Assembly (NCBI GenBank): GCA_964106645.2 | Contig: OZ067039.1 | Origin: Podarcis pityusensis | Taxonomy: Eukaryota | DNA: 64,000 nucleotides | Reading direction: 5' to 3' (one strand) | Translations under genes and position numbers: made by a program | In this document: one piece after another, positions 50,901 through 63,954 of the stretch | Position numbering within the stretch: the stretch's first letter is position 1 | How the letters are laid out: the number at the start of each line of letters is the position of its first letter | Notes under the pieces: model-generated | What the model was told of the DNA's origin: nothing | Seen by the model: only the letters and a program-made list of their open reading frames with translations | Database searches by the model: none

Positions 50901-52293
50901 TGTGAAAGCATCCATTGTTGAACTGGATATTTCTTGGTCTGTGCTGCAGTTACTAGACATTTTTTCAATTTTATATTTACTATGACAGCATTTTACGACT
51001 AAATTTGAAGGCAAACATTCAACGAATAGTCATGTTTTAGTATTCTTATTATACTTTCTTGTAATTATTAGGAATGTGATGGTTTAAAGAAGCCTTTTAG
51101 ATGAGAGGTAGTAGCACCAAAAGTCAGGCCAGTTCATTATAATATATACGCCACTTTCTTAAAGGGGCCAAAATGACCCAAAGTGATGGGTGGAATGCAA
51201 CATAGTACTTTAGTATTTAGTGGGCTATGTGTCTGTTGGATGGAGTCTGCTCGCACAATAAAACTTCCCCTGCCCTCTCCTGCCTGCACACATTGGGGAG
51301 GAAAGTGTGGGGGCACACAGTTGGAGGCGTGGGGTGAAAATCCCATTGCACAAGTGGACCTCGTTCCATGCATACAACACCCTACCTAGTTGAACCCTGC
51401 CCAATATACTTATTAATCTTTGTGGATCAAAAAGATTAACTGAGAGAGGTGTTCTGCAACATACCAAACTTAACCAATCTTTCTTCCGGCTCCATGGGAG
51501 CTAAAACTCTTCCTATACTCTTGCTAAAGTTCACCAAACAGCTAGAATTTCCTTAAGAATCGTTGTGTATCATAATAAGTGAATTCATGTTGTCAAAATA
51601 CAAGAGCTGAGCCAAAGTTTAATGAGTTTTGAATTTTGTGTTGAAATTAGCATGTTTTGAGGAATGAGGACATTTTGTCAAACACCTGAGCGGCCTACGC
51701 AGACATTGGAGAATGTGTTTCCCCTTTAAAGCAGGGCACAGTTTAGGAACACTCCCAAGTCTTGGGATCAGTAATGCTGTGCAAATGCGATATTTCATAA
51801 ATTTTGTATAATTTTGTATAACTGTTTGAATCATTTCCCCAACTCAGCTCAGCTTAGTCAGGGTCATTTTATATCCTCTTCGTAGGCTGTCCACCCTGGC
51901 CCATGTGCTTGTCAACAGGCACAGGGTTAGTCTGGGCACATGTGACGGGGCAAGGATTACCAAGAACAGACAGTGCCTTAGCTTTATCTTTATTTTATTT
52001 GGTTAAGAGGTAGGGATGGTCAAATTTCTAATCCATGTCACTTTAACCTGATCTGTTCATTCCTATGAGTTATTTTCAGTCCCTTTCCATAGGAATCTGC
52101 TGATTTTCCAAGAATTTGCAGAAATATTTTTATTTCCCCCACCCCCCTAAAAACAGGCATTTCTCCAGAGGTGGTAAACGTGTGGCATCAATAAGTTATG
52201 CTGCCCTCTTGTGCCCAAATACAGGAATCACAGGACTTTGTTACTGGCTCCTCTCTTCCTCTTGACCAGGTTGTTTCTCATTTTGACCCAGAG

Positions 52294-52296
<3 letters not shown>

Positions 52297-52336
<40 letters not shown>
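52297..52336. repeat. (TC)20 microsatellite
   Basis: Direct reading. Confidence 0.95.
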
Positions 52337-52339
<3 letters not shown>

Positions 52340-53114
52340 CGTGTGTGTACTCTCCAGCTGTCTACTCCTCAGGCTTGTGATTTGTGCTTTAAAAACATTT
52401 TGTCCATTTGTATGAGAGTGTACGATCTGCGTTGTTTGCCTTGCCTTTCCCTTATCAGCCTTCTTCAGCCCTTATTATAATCGCTTTCTCAATCTCTTTG
52501 AGATTCAGTTTTAATGTCAGTAGCTTGGTTTGGTCAGTTGCCTGGACATGAGGATACCAGAACACACGCACATTGCTTTGGGGATCCATGATGAAAGAAA
52601 GATGGGATAGGAATAAATTAAAGGCCATCACTGACTCTGTGGACCAGGAGAAGCGCAAGCGAGTGTGAAGTCCTCAGGCCATGTGTGTGTAGAAGGGGTG
52701 CTGAGGGTTCCTTCCCCTCTCCCTGACTGCGGGAATTTGAATCTTCCTTGGGGTTGCAAGCCAAGCAACACTTGGGGACTGCTAAGGTTCCTCATTCTCA
52801 AGTCTGATGAATGAGCTATTACAGGGACTACGCTGTTCCAAAAGCCAGCCTTTGGCAGCTGCTGCTTACTTACTTCTTGTACTGGACTTCTGAGGTGGTA
52901 GTCAAAAGCCTGACGCTGATAATGATGACTTGCACTAATACTGAATGTGAAAAGGATGTTTTATATCAGCTTCTCTCTACTACTACATTTAAAGTCATTT
53001 TAAAAGTTGTTTAAAACAATTAAAATATTTTCTTTTTTACAGTCAGAGGAGCCTTAAATTCTACAGATTATTTGCATCTGAAGTCAATCCAGTGAATTTG
53101 AAATTGTTTCCAAA

Positions 53115-53635
53115 AGTATTACTTTTTAAAAAAATTACGGCTGCCATTAACAGAGCAGAGGTATACCTAGGACATTAGTTTGCTGACAGCTTTTACATGA
53201 GCTTAACAGTATGGGGCAATCTTTCAACTTGTAACCATCTGTTGCTCTGTGAAGTTCTGTGTGATGTTTTGGTCAGGCTATATAAACAATTAACATTTTC
53301 TACAGTATAAGATAAAATGCAGACCCCCATGCCTACAGATGCATATGATTAACTGTACTGCTTGAAATGGGTGCAAGTATATAGTATATTAAATATTGCA
53401 TAGTGGGGTTGCAAATAGAAGGAATGCCTGGTGCTAAATGTGAGAAGGTGCTTCATACAGCTTTCCGTATAGAATTGCATCCCTTTTTTGGAGTGTTTAT
53501 TGCATCACCAATGAAACCTAAGAACTGGGTGTGAGTCCTACGTCCCCATGGAAAGAGACAGGGGGTGTATATAGGGTTTTATTTTCAAATTTGATACAGT
53601 TTATTTCAAAGCCTTCACAATCTTTTCACCATGCG
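53115..53635 (+). repeat. Local direct duplication, copy A (partner about 61333-61840)
   Basis: 53200-53298 vs 61416-61514: 94/99 identical, no indels, including a 44-nt exact match. Confidence 0.9.
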
Positions 53636-54380
53636 GAATATCTCCACTGGATGAGACCGCACAGATTCAACGACATCTTGACTATAAATATGGTAACAGG
53701 TGCCCTCTGTGTCTCATGCATGGTCAGGTTCAGTTTTTCTCTGACTACGCTTTAGCCATTTTCCATGCTGCCCCACTGCCCTCAGTTTCCCTCAGTAAAC
53801 CAGGAAGATGCTTGAACTCTCCTGGCAAGGAGGAGGAGACAACCTGGGAGTTACTAAGTCAGTTGCCTGTGTGCCTAAAACAATGCCAAACCAGATAGAG
53901 TCAGTCAAACACTTCCCTGAAAAATTATGGAAACCATTTGGGTCCAGTAGATTTTGGGAAGAGACTATCCTAAATGCAGAAGCAGCTGAGGGACTGGGAC
54001 GCTACGCTAGATTTTCAATCATGTGCCTCTCCTACGTACCAGGAGAGATGAAGCAGTGCAGAGGTCAGTCTATCGAAAGGCACTGGTGGAGTCAATCCAG
54101 TGCTTCTGCTGTGCCGTACCACTGCACCAACCTCCCCACCACCTCAACCCAGCCCTTTCCCCTCCCAGTAAACAACAGCAACTCACCTATCCAGGAAGCA
54201 AGTAAAGCAACTTTACCCCCATCAAGTCAGTCACTCCTGTCTAACTAGCCCTTCCTTCTTCCTTTAGTTTTATTCATATGACTTAAAATGCATTCTGAAC
54301 ATAGCTCCATTGGTTTTCTACAAACATCTTTGGATGTACAACGGCACTTCCTTTCCCTCTCTTCCAACTACCTCATGCCC

Positions 54381-54503
54381 CAAGGTTACCAGATTTTTTT
54401 CAATGAATCCGGGGACACTTTTCAACTTCAACTGATTTTGTATGGGGAGTGATTTGTAAATCCGGGGACTGTCCCCGGGAAACGGGGACGTCTGGTAACC
54501 TTA
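54381..54503. mobile_element. hAT MITE nested in an older palindromic MITE (54331-54595)
   Basis: TIR AAGGTTACCAGA / TCTGGTAACCTT; host arms ggcacttcctttccctct / agagggagaggaagtgcc. Confidence 0.8.
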
Positions 54504-55484
54504 CCATAAATCTGCTCCATAGGGTTAGGGAAAACCCCATAATATATTTAGGAGGAAGTGGAAAGGAGAGGGAGAGGAAGTGCCATTGTGTAGCCAAAAT
54601 TGCTTGCACCAGCAGAGCTGTTTAGTTAGATACCACCCAATATGCTTTAGCCTAGAGGCCTCAGCTTCAGTGCTGGTAAGATTTGTCCTTCAAATTCTGG
54701 AGCATGACATTGATGTCACAGCAGCACTTCTCAGGGTTCTAATCCAGAACCATTTCAATTCAGAGGATAATTCTCTCTTTTTAACCCTTCCCAGCCAAGC
54801 CATTCTTATTCCCATGAGCAAAATGGGCAAGAATCCCTGTTGATGCATGTCAGCCCTGAGACTGTAAAACTCATGAGCTAGCATGTGTGAAGAAGCATAC
54901 ATGGCAACCTGTAATTGAAACAAGCAATTGATGATACTGAAGGCATGGCAGTCAGTGCAAGCAAGACTGGATGGAAGTCAAATTGGCTAGGAGGAACATG
55001 GGTTCTTCCTGCAATGTTTACACTTGTCTGTTGGAAACTTTCAGCATCTCCCTACTAAATTGGAAGTAGAATATTTAAGGAAGAGGTCAGCAACTTGTAG
55101 ATTCCAGCTGGGAAGTATTTTATCAGCTGTTCTCATTGGCTAATACTGATCTGTGTTTTTACATTGCACGCAATGCATTTTCTAAATTTGTTGTTGTTTT
55201 CTGTCTTCATCTGATGCTTCTAATGAAAGCACTTGCTGCTGACACGGTTTCTTAGGGGATCAGATCAAGACAGGCACTTCATGCTTGGAAGTTAATTGAG
55301 TTTGAATGAAAATACTAAAGGATTGGTGTGTGGGTGTGTTGGCGGTGGGGGGGGGGGCTTGTAATTGACTCTACTGGTTAATGCTCAGTTTTATTGACAA
55401 AATACCAGACATAGTGGCTACCCTCCTACCCCTGGAGTTGGGACTATGCAATGTAGTTGTTTTACCTAGCTAGTAATGTGTGTG

Positions 55485-55886
55485 TAGGGATGGACAAATC
55501 TGTCCCTTTGGATTTCTCACTTTTCCAGTCTCAAGTTCAGTTCACTCCATTTCCACATCACTTTGCAATGCTTACTTAAAAGCTCTCACAAAAACCTGTA
55601 TGTATTTTCATACACATTGCGCATTTCTGTATGCATTTTTTCAGGAAGTTTTCACCAATATGATGCACTTTTGCACATTGTTTTCATTAACAGACTTGGT
55701 GTGTGCGCGCACTTTCCCTTAAAATACACCTTTTTGTATACTTTGGTGCACTGTGGAACTACATTGCAAAAACGAGAGTAGTGCAAAGTTTGAAGGATAG
55801 CTGTGTTTCAAGTCATATAACGGTTTGGGAAGGGCAAGTTAAGTACGCTCATATTAAAATGCAAGCCATTTTCTCCTTCATCCCTA
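55485..55886. mobile_element. Non-autonomous hAT element
   Basis: TIR TAGGGATG / CATCCCTA; TAATGT in both flanks. Confidence 0.75.
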
Positions 55887-56826
55887 TAATGTATGATATA
55901 CAGTTGTAGAGCCCTATTTTGGATTGTTCATTTGAGTCGTAGCTCATGGTATACCTGATGAGTACATCTATGTGGACTGAATCAGCATGTCTTCTTTGGG
56001 AGTAATGTAGGCAAAGTTAAGCATTTCAGTGGCGTAGTGACTTCTACAGAAGGGTCAAATATTTTCTCAGCTCTCCTACTGAAATCTCTAAATCATCTCT
56101 CACACTGATTTCAGTGACATAAATTAGTGTGTAGCTTTACACTGGCGTATGCCTTTATTTAGATATCAACAGCAACTTTGATCGGTTTGGAAGTACGTAA
56201 GACAAATGGCACAGATTTTACAGTTCTTGCAATTCAACTCTCAAATAATTGTGACAGTTTCAGTAGTGACAGTAGCATTCTGCCATTTAGTAGCATGAAG
56301 CTTTCGTTTACAAAATCATAATTGTGTCTTATGCACAGGCACTCAAATGCAGCTCATATTTGTGTTTAAATATGTGCACACACAATTATGAATGTGTATT
56401 TTGAATGGTCCATTAATTGGAATGGATCTTAACTGTAAGAGGGGCCTTAAAGATCCAAGAAAGGCCTTTTAAATGATGCAGTTACCTCTACGTTGAATTA
56501 TATTTGTGTACAGGAAGATGGAACTTCACAATTCAAGTGTGATACCATATCTTTTGGGGAAACCATCCCTTTCCTCTAGCACTGCAGTGTTTTAACAAAT
56601 TGCATAGTGCTAGTGATACTTAGCAGACAAGCTGTCCTTTCTTTCCTCCTATAGCCCCATGTTTATGCAGCAGATTGAATTAATTGGAAATATTTCTCCT
56701 GTTACTTCCTCTATTTTTATTAGCTTGGTGATTTTTTTAAATTAATGAAGCAGCTAAACTCACGTTAATATATCACATCAATTATATAATGATGGCTTGT
56801 TCTATTCTGTTCTTGTTTTTTTCCAG

Positions 56827-56844
56827 CTTCCTCAGGCTCAAAAG
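56827..56844 (+). CDS. CACNA2D3: CACNA2D3 18-nt microexon (exon 14 equivalent), LPQAQK
   Basis: Long pyrimidine tract, ttccag|CTTCCTCAGGCTCAAAAG|gtaaac; LPQAQK directly follows ...DST in alpha2delta-3. Confidence 0.93.
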
Positions 56845-59800
56845 GTAAACTATTTTCAATCAATACTTATTCAAAAGAAATCACCAACTCTTCATGTTTC
56901 CACAGTGTCATGAATATGGTACAATGGTGATCAGTGAAATGCTTTACAATGTCACAGCTGTAATGAACTGGAGAGCATAACATTGCTTAAATCAAAGCCA
57001 GGCATTGTAAGCAGTCAAGTCACCCACCGAGAGTTACAATTCAGACACAATGTGAGAGCTATTTGAACAAAATGGACATGGAGTGGACTGCTGAGTTGCA
57101 CAATAAAGGATCCATTTTGTTATCACTTTGAAAATAATAGACAACCATCAAATGGACATGGCAGTTACGAAGAAGCCATCCCTAGGCCGTTACATTCCCC
57201 ACCGGAGGAACAATGGGATTCATGGCATGGCTATATCCTTTCACTGGTCCCTATTGTATTGTCTTATCAAAAGCCTCTCAGTACATCTAGCATATGGTTT
57301 GTCCAAGGAGGTTTCCATGCAACATGCTCTTGTTGTTGTACAGCTTCTGCTTTGATATGGTATGATCCAGAGCTACCCCATTGCATTTCATGATATCACA
57401 AACAACAATTGTGGCCAGCACAACATATCACTTGATGCCTGTTGCATCATTCTTGTATAATTCACAAATATAATTGAAACACACATGTGTATATATACAC
57501 ACACGCACTGCTGCAGTTTAGAATGTCATTGTGTTATTAGGGGTGCGGCATTTAGCTTCCCAGAATTCCTGTGTGATTACAACCAAATAGCTTTGTCCCT
57601 CACCCGTTTGTTTTACCGTAATTATTACTAGATCAACAGACTTGAATGGAAAAGTCCAAGTGCCCCTTTGTTTGTGTGCTCAGCTGGATTTTTCCTGCCA
57701 TTATTGAGCAGGAAAGCCTCCCTTGCCACTGCTGTTTTTCACTTTTATTTCATGAAGCTGCACAACTTGCTTCATCGACGCAGAGAGAATAAAGTAGCAT
57801 GGTATGGATAAAAAAAGCTGGAGTGGCAGAAAACCTTTGGCATGGGAGAAGCGATCTTTAAGCTTTTCCTTGCCCCAGCTGCTTCTCTCATCGAAGAGAA
57901 AAATACATATGCACCCACTATATTTTCTTCTGCAGGGGCAAGCAATTATAATTTTAAGGGGGGGGATGGAGCTTACAGGGACAGGTTTAAGCTCCTTTCC
58001 TCAGAGCTGTTACTTTGATCATTTGGAGTAATAAAGTTAAAACACAAAAACAAAAATCTTTCTTCTGCCTCCACGTGTAGCTTGGCTCCAGGTCAGAGCC
58101 AATGGCTGTAGTTTAGATGGTCCAATTACAAACACAGGGTCACACATACATGGAGGCCTCCGTGTTGTTTTCTGTGAGGAGAACTACGCATGCAAGATAA
58201 TGGTCATTGAGTACTCAAATTGTCACTGAGGTGTAAACCGCTTTAACTGTTTTACGGGCCACCCAGGGAGCTTTAGCTTTGGGGTCGTATCAAAATGTAG
58301 CTAGTAAATAAATAAATAATACATTGAGGACCAAGAACTTTAAAATGCCAAATCTATTCCAACCCAATTATCAGTGCAAAAATAACGACGGTCCTTTGGT
58401 TTCTAGTTTCCAGAGCAAGCAAAATCATTATGAAGATGCTTGCAGCTGCAATTCTAAATGCTCATACGAGAGAACAAGAACTAATGAACACAGTGGGACT
58501 TACTTCTGCCTCAACTTTGTAGGATTGTGCTGACCATAATCTTTTTAAACTCCTGAAACCCATTTGTAAAAGTTAATAGCCTTTTTAGACTTAGCAAAAA
58601 TGTGGCTTCATTATCCTTCTACATTATTTAGTGAATACAATTTTTGGTTAAACTCTTCTACCAAAATGCTCGAGCCCCTTTTTAGTTGTTCATTCAGTTC
58701 AGAGTAACCATCCACAGGAGGGGGGGAGGGAGAGAGAATACTTGAATTAGAACATCTGTACAGCTTTTGAGGGGGCGGAGCCTGTCACTTTGGTGTGCTT
58801 ATTCAATATGGAATGAACAGATGAAAGGGGCTTTTGTGTACAGTGTCAGTGATTTGTTAGGACTATTACTAGAGTTAAGGCAAAGGCAACCAAGGTAGAA
58901 GCACTATGTCAGTTATGGGCGTATGATTACCAGTTTAAAGTAGCGGCAGATATGATTCCTATTAAGAGTATGCCAATATCATGCCACCAGTTCCCAGCTC
59001 TGGAATATATGCTGTTGTTCATTGTTACAGATCTACAAGACTTCCATATATTCTCAAGCACAGAGTCACTAACGCTAGGTTCTAAAGGCAGAATTGTTGC
59101 TTTCTTAGCATCTCAAACGCCAAGGAATAAAATCATTTCCTTTAGGTATCACTGTTGTTCATTCTTTGAACCGCTTTTTAATGCCAGGAACAGCCCTGTT
59201 AAGTATGAACTCATCGTTAAGCATATGCACAGTCCCATTTCCAAAACATTGGGTAACCACAATCCGCTCCCCCAGACGTTATTAGGAAAATGACCTGCAA
59301 GTCACTAGGTGCAATTTCCAGGCAGCCTTGGGCCCTGTGCTGGGAAATAAACAGGGAAATGAAAGAGGGATATAAAAAGTGAAAAGTATGAAACCATAAT
59401 AGGTGTTGGAGATACCTTGCTGCAATTTATCTGTGTTTCTCTATAGTTGACTTGGAACAGCCTTCAGAAGCCAGTCTCCCTTGTGATATTACAAAACTGT
59501 TAAGGGATTCCATATTGTAATAGTTATTCTTTTCTCATCAGTCAAGTTTATTGTCTCAGTTTTACTTCATTCTCTTGAATAGCATCATAATTGTCTTTCA
59601 GTTATTGTTGCAAATCTCATAGTTAGTTTTCATCCCACAGGTTTGGTTTAAAATGTAATATCGCTGCTGCTTATTCCTAGGCTTAGCTCCAGCCTCTTCT
59701 ATGGTTAGCAGATGTTGGATGCAGTCATGGTATTTTTAGCACTCCCACCTTAATTTGCATATGTTTTTTCAAGGCACTAGTAGCATCTACCTTCACTCAT

Positions 59801-60809
59801 TAGTAGAAATCCCTTTTTGCTCAATAAAAGAGGTTGCTTGCATATGCAATAGCCCCATTCCTTGCAACTTGTCTGTAAATGGTCATTGGTGATACATAAG
59901 CAGTTGCAATGCTAAGGACGTGCAGTGTAAATTGGATGCACAGTGTATGTGTGCCTATCTAATGGCTTATTTGGCTCATGAAGTCATAAGGCAGTCCTCA
60001 AACAGAAATATTTACAGAGCTACATCATCTTCTTCAGATCTGTATCAAGCAACAGGGAGTTGTTTGATAGCTAACATGAACTTGGTATGAAATTCTGAGT
60101 GGAAATGGAGTTTTGTTGAGTGTACTAGTTAGTTCCCCCCATTGAATAACACAGAGATGTTTAACATTGAGACTTTCCCCGCAACTAACTGAAGCATGAT
60201 GAGAAGTTTTCAAATCCATTTGGCATTTGTTTGTTTGAGGAAGACCAGTGCAGGACTGATGCTTGTCTTTGTGAATGACTTGAATCAATGCTAGTGTACG
60301 CTTTGCCATATGGTGTCTGAACTTGTACTGTGTTTTTGTTGGAATCTGTGTATCATCTACAAATATTTTCTGTATAAACATTTTAAATGGTCATGTCTCT
60401 ATAAACATGCTCACTTTAATCTTCAGATGATTCTAGAATAATAATGTTGCCATCCAACTTTACTTTTTAAAACTTCTATCTGCCTGAAATCTCATATCAA
60501 CTTTTAAGGATTGTGTGTGGTTATTCTTTGTGGATATAAACAACCATTTTGGCGACAAGTGGCAGATTCTTTCTTATGCTCCTATTAACTGTAGACTTCG
60601 AAGTATTTATTGCAAAAATAATAATAATATTGAAAATGGTTTTAAGTAAGCTAATTACTATAAATTCCTACCAGATACGAAGCAGTGTGCATGTTATTTA
60701 AAATATGGATGCCTATATGCAATGGACATTGGTAGAAATTCAGGACAAATTGACATTTACCAGTATATGTTTTTAGGCTGCCAGCAAGAAATGTAAGAAA
60801 ATTAACGAT

Positions 60810-60920
60810 GTTGCATTCAGTGTTACTGCTAAGAGTAAACTCAATGAAATTAATGAACATAAGTAACTAATGCCCATTAATTTCAGTGAGTCTTCTCTGA
60901 ATAGAACATTGGATGCAACT
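60810..60920. mobile_element. Short palindromic MITE
   Basis: gttgcattca / tggatgcaac ends; tgaaattaatg / cattaatttca arms. Confidence 0.7.
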
Positions 60921-61332
60921 CAAAAGTTCCTTCAGTAATAATGTCATCTTATACAGGAATGCTCAGAAGTAAGCCCCATTGAGTTAATGGGACTTCTAGG
61001 CAAATGTATATAAGGTTAAAACCTAAATGACCACATTTCATTCACATTTATATAATTTATTGGTAAAGGGAACATTTGTCATGCCCCGGCTACTCAATTA
61101 TTTCTGTCATTCAACAGAACATCTGAAGAACAACCAAGTGCCTTCAGTATAATCCATTTCCATGATTTATCAGTAATTGTCAACATTTATCAAACATATT
61201 TTCACTAGAACAATCTCTCTGTTGGTATTTGTTACCAAACTTTCTGTGGCATTTCTTATAGTAATGGCTGGAAGCATTCTAGAGTCATCTAAAGGTTAAA
61301 GAGAAAAACAGCAGAACTACAGCAACAGGTGG

Positions 61333-61840
61333 AAGTGTTACTTTTAAAAATTATGACTACCATAAAAAGAGAAGAGATGTAGCTAGGACAGCAACTTGCT
61401 CACAAATTTTACACAAGCTTAACAGTATGGGGCAATCTTTCAACTTGTAACCATCTGTTATTTTGTGAAGTTCTGTGTGATGCTTTGGTCAGGCTATATA
61501 AACAGTTAACATTTGGTAGAGTGCAAGATGCGAGACAGACCTCATATCTACAAATGCATATGATTAACTGTACTACTTGAAATGAACACAAGGACATAAG
61601 AGTTAAATACTGCATGGGGAGTTTGTAAACAGAGCGAATGTCCGGTGTGCTGTTTCACACAGCTTTCTATGTGGAATGGCACTGATCCTTTGAAGGGGTT
61701 ACTGTGGCACTTCTGAAACATAAGAATTGAATATGAGTTTTAGATCACTATGTAAGAAGAGACATGCTGTAATAAGATCTGGACTTGTCCAAATAAATTT
61801 GGTTTTTGGATGAGCCTTCCAGGCTTATGATGCCATAAAT
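61333..61840 (+). repeat. Local direct duplication, copy B
   Basis: Colinear with 53115-53635; offset 8216 bp in the core. Confidence 0.9.
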
Positions 61841-63954
61841 AAAACCCCAAATAATTAATTCAGAGAAGCAATTAGTTTACTCTGGGCTTTGAATCTGTGT
61901 ATTTAGCCCTCCTGATTCCTAACCTATTCTGTTCCTCAGGCATAAGCTACTCCTGTGTAATAGCCCACTGGGGCATTGTTTTACTTGCTTTGTTGAAACA
62001 GCAGGCTTCAAGCTGTGTTATCTTATTCCTGTTGTGAGGTATTTAGTACTGAGCCTGTATGAAACAGGAGGGACTATATATTAGCCATAGTAATGAAAGA
62101 GAGTCAGCCTTGAAAAAATAATTTTGCTAAATTGAAAACATTGTTCCCCCCTGCCCGAAATGTTTTTTAGAATATGCTTCTGGCATATAATCTTCCTCCC
62201 TCTAAGTTTCCAGCAGCTTCTTTTCTCTTTGAGTCTTAACTTATTTGGGCAAGGCTTGCTGTCCTTTTATCTTGACACTATTCTGTTTCCAAAAAGCTAG
62301 ACACATCATTTATCATTCGCTGCTTCATTTACTTCTTCCTACTTCAAGGTGCTGAATTACAAGGAAAAAATGGAAAATTTGCAACCCTGATATTGCCGTG
62401 GAAATGCATCAGCAATTTTTTTTAGCATTTTTATTAAAGTTATCTAAAAAGTTAAATTGAACCAATTGAAGTACAAAAGAACAATATAATGGTACAGTAG
62501 CTATTTATGGTTTGTTGTTTTTCTGGAGTGCTGCTGATTTTCTTTGCAGTGCATTTAAACTCTTTTTAAAGATAATGCCTGTGTGCCTGGAGGACCATCA
62601 TGATCACACATGACCCACACCTAATTTCCAGATGTTGAGCATAACATCAGCATAGGTAGATCCCAACACATGTAGACTCTAATCACTGATCTGTATATCG
62701 CAAAACTGAATCATACTGGATCACATTATTCATGCCTATGAAGATTGGGTTCTACACATGTAGACCCCTACGAAGAAGTTGTATGATCATCATAGGATCA
62801 GGCTGTAACTAAATCTGATTTATTATTTTCAGGGGGGGAAAGAGCAGTTTTTTATTTTTCAGTTCTTATTATATTACATGCACAGCATCCTGAAGCCCCC
62901 CATGCTGGAGTGCCTGGTATCTTGTGAGCCTGTAGAATTTGACTATTCTACTATGTTAAATGCTGAACTGGTCCTTTGAATAGTTTTTTTTTAAAAAAAT
63001 CTGGTGTTATAAGAACCTCAAAAGGAGAGTCATAATATAAAACCCAAAGTTATATTTCTCAACAAAAAACCCACACGTCCTCCCCCTCCCTCCCAAAATC
63101 ATTATCTCTTAAGAAGTTTCCTTCCATTTTAAATTTTGTGCATATCATTTACAATTAGGAAATGTAGATGTCTCATGAAATCTAAAAATACTCCTTTGCA
63201 ATAGCACTTAAAAAGAAATGGCAATGTGTTTACCTTTAAAAATCAAAGCAAATGGGAGTGGGAGAATCTGGACTTCGTTACTGGGTTTAATCTAATTATT
63301 CTTGCATTTCAAAGGACAAACACACACCCTTCTATTTGGAGTAGGAATGCTGAAGATCTTAAAAATAAATTCTATTATACACACACACACAAAGGAGGAG
63401 TTGGTATTAACATTGACAGAAACAAACGGTGGGTTGGGGGTTTTTCATATTAGAATTTCAGGCAAGACAACGTGCACTAACCTAGCGATATACACTTGTT
63501 GTAAAAGGTCGAACTTTTGGGCCAGTTCACACAACATGATTTGCAGGCACAAATCTTGTAAATGATCTCTGACCTCGGGAATCTTGACATCTCCACCAAA
63601 ATGCCTCATACTGTGGCTATATCCCTGACAGCTGCACCGACATGTTGGCCAGGGGGTGGGGAGCTCCCTTCCCACACAATACATCACATACTGCCTGAGC
63701 ACAGTGCTTGGAAGTCTTTGGGCCAGCCAAAGCAGGAGGCTGTCACCCTATGGGGAGAGCATGTCTTCCAAGCGTAGTGTGAAATGTTTACAGAGTTGGT
63801 CGTGTTAGAAGGGGAGCATTCAAAACCATTCTTTACAAATAAAACCAAGAACACAATCCTTTCAGAATGAGGTTTGGGGACTGTCGCTCCATCTGCCTTT
63901 CGGCAATCTCTGCTTCTACTGTGAACTGTGCCCTCTGTCCAAGAAATAGAAACC

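Noticed and set aside
53935-53970. HLGPVDFGKR resembling a gastrin/CCK amidation site
   Set aside because: Lacks the WMDF core, lies between stop codons, and has no signal peptide or splice support.
55945-55985. Hammerhead-like CTGATGAGTAC...GGACTGAA
   Set aside because: GAAA box is broken, stem II is imperfect, and no stem I/III or cleavage triplet geometry was found.
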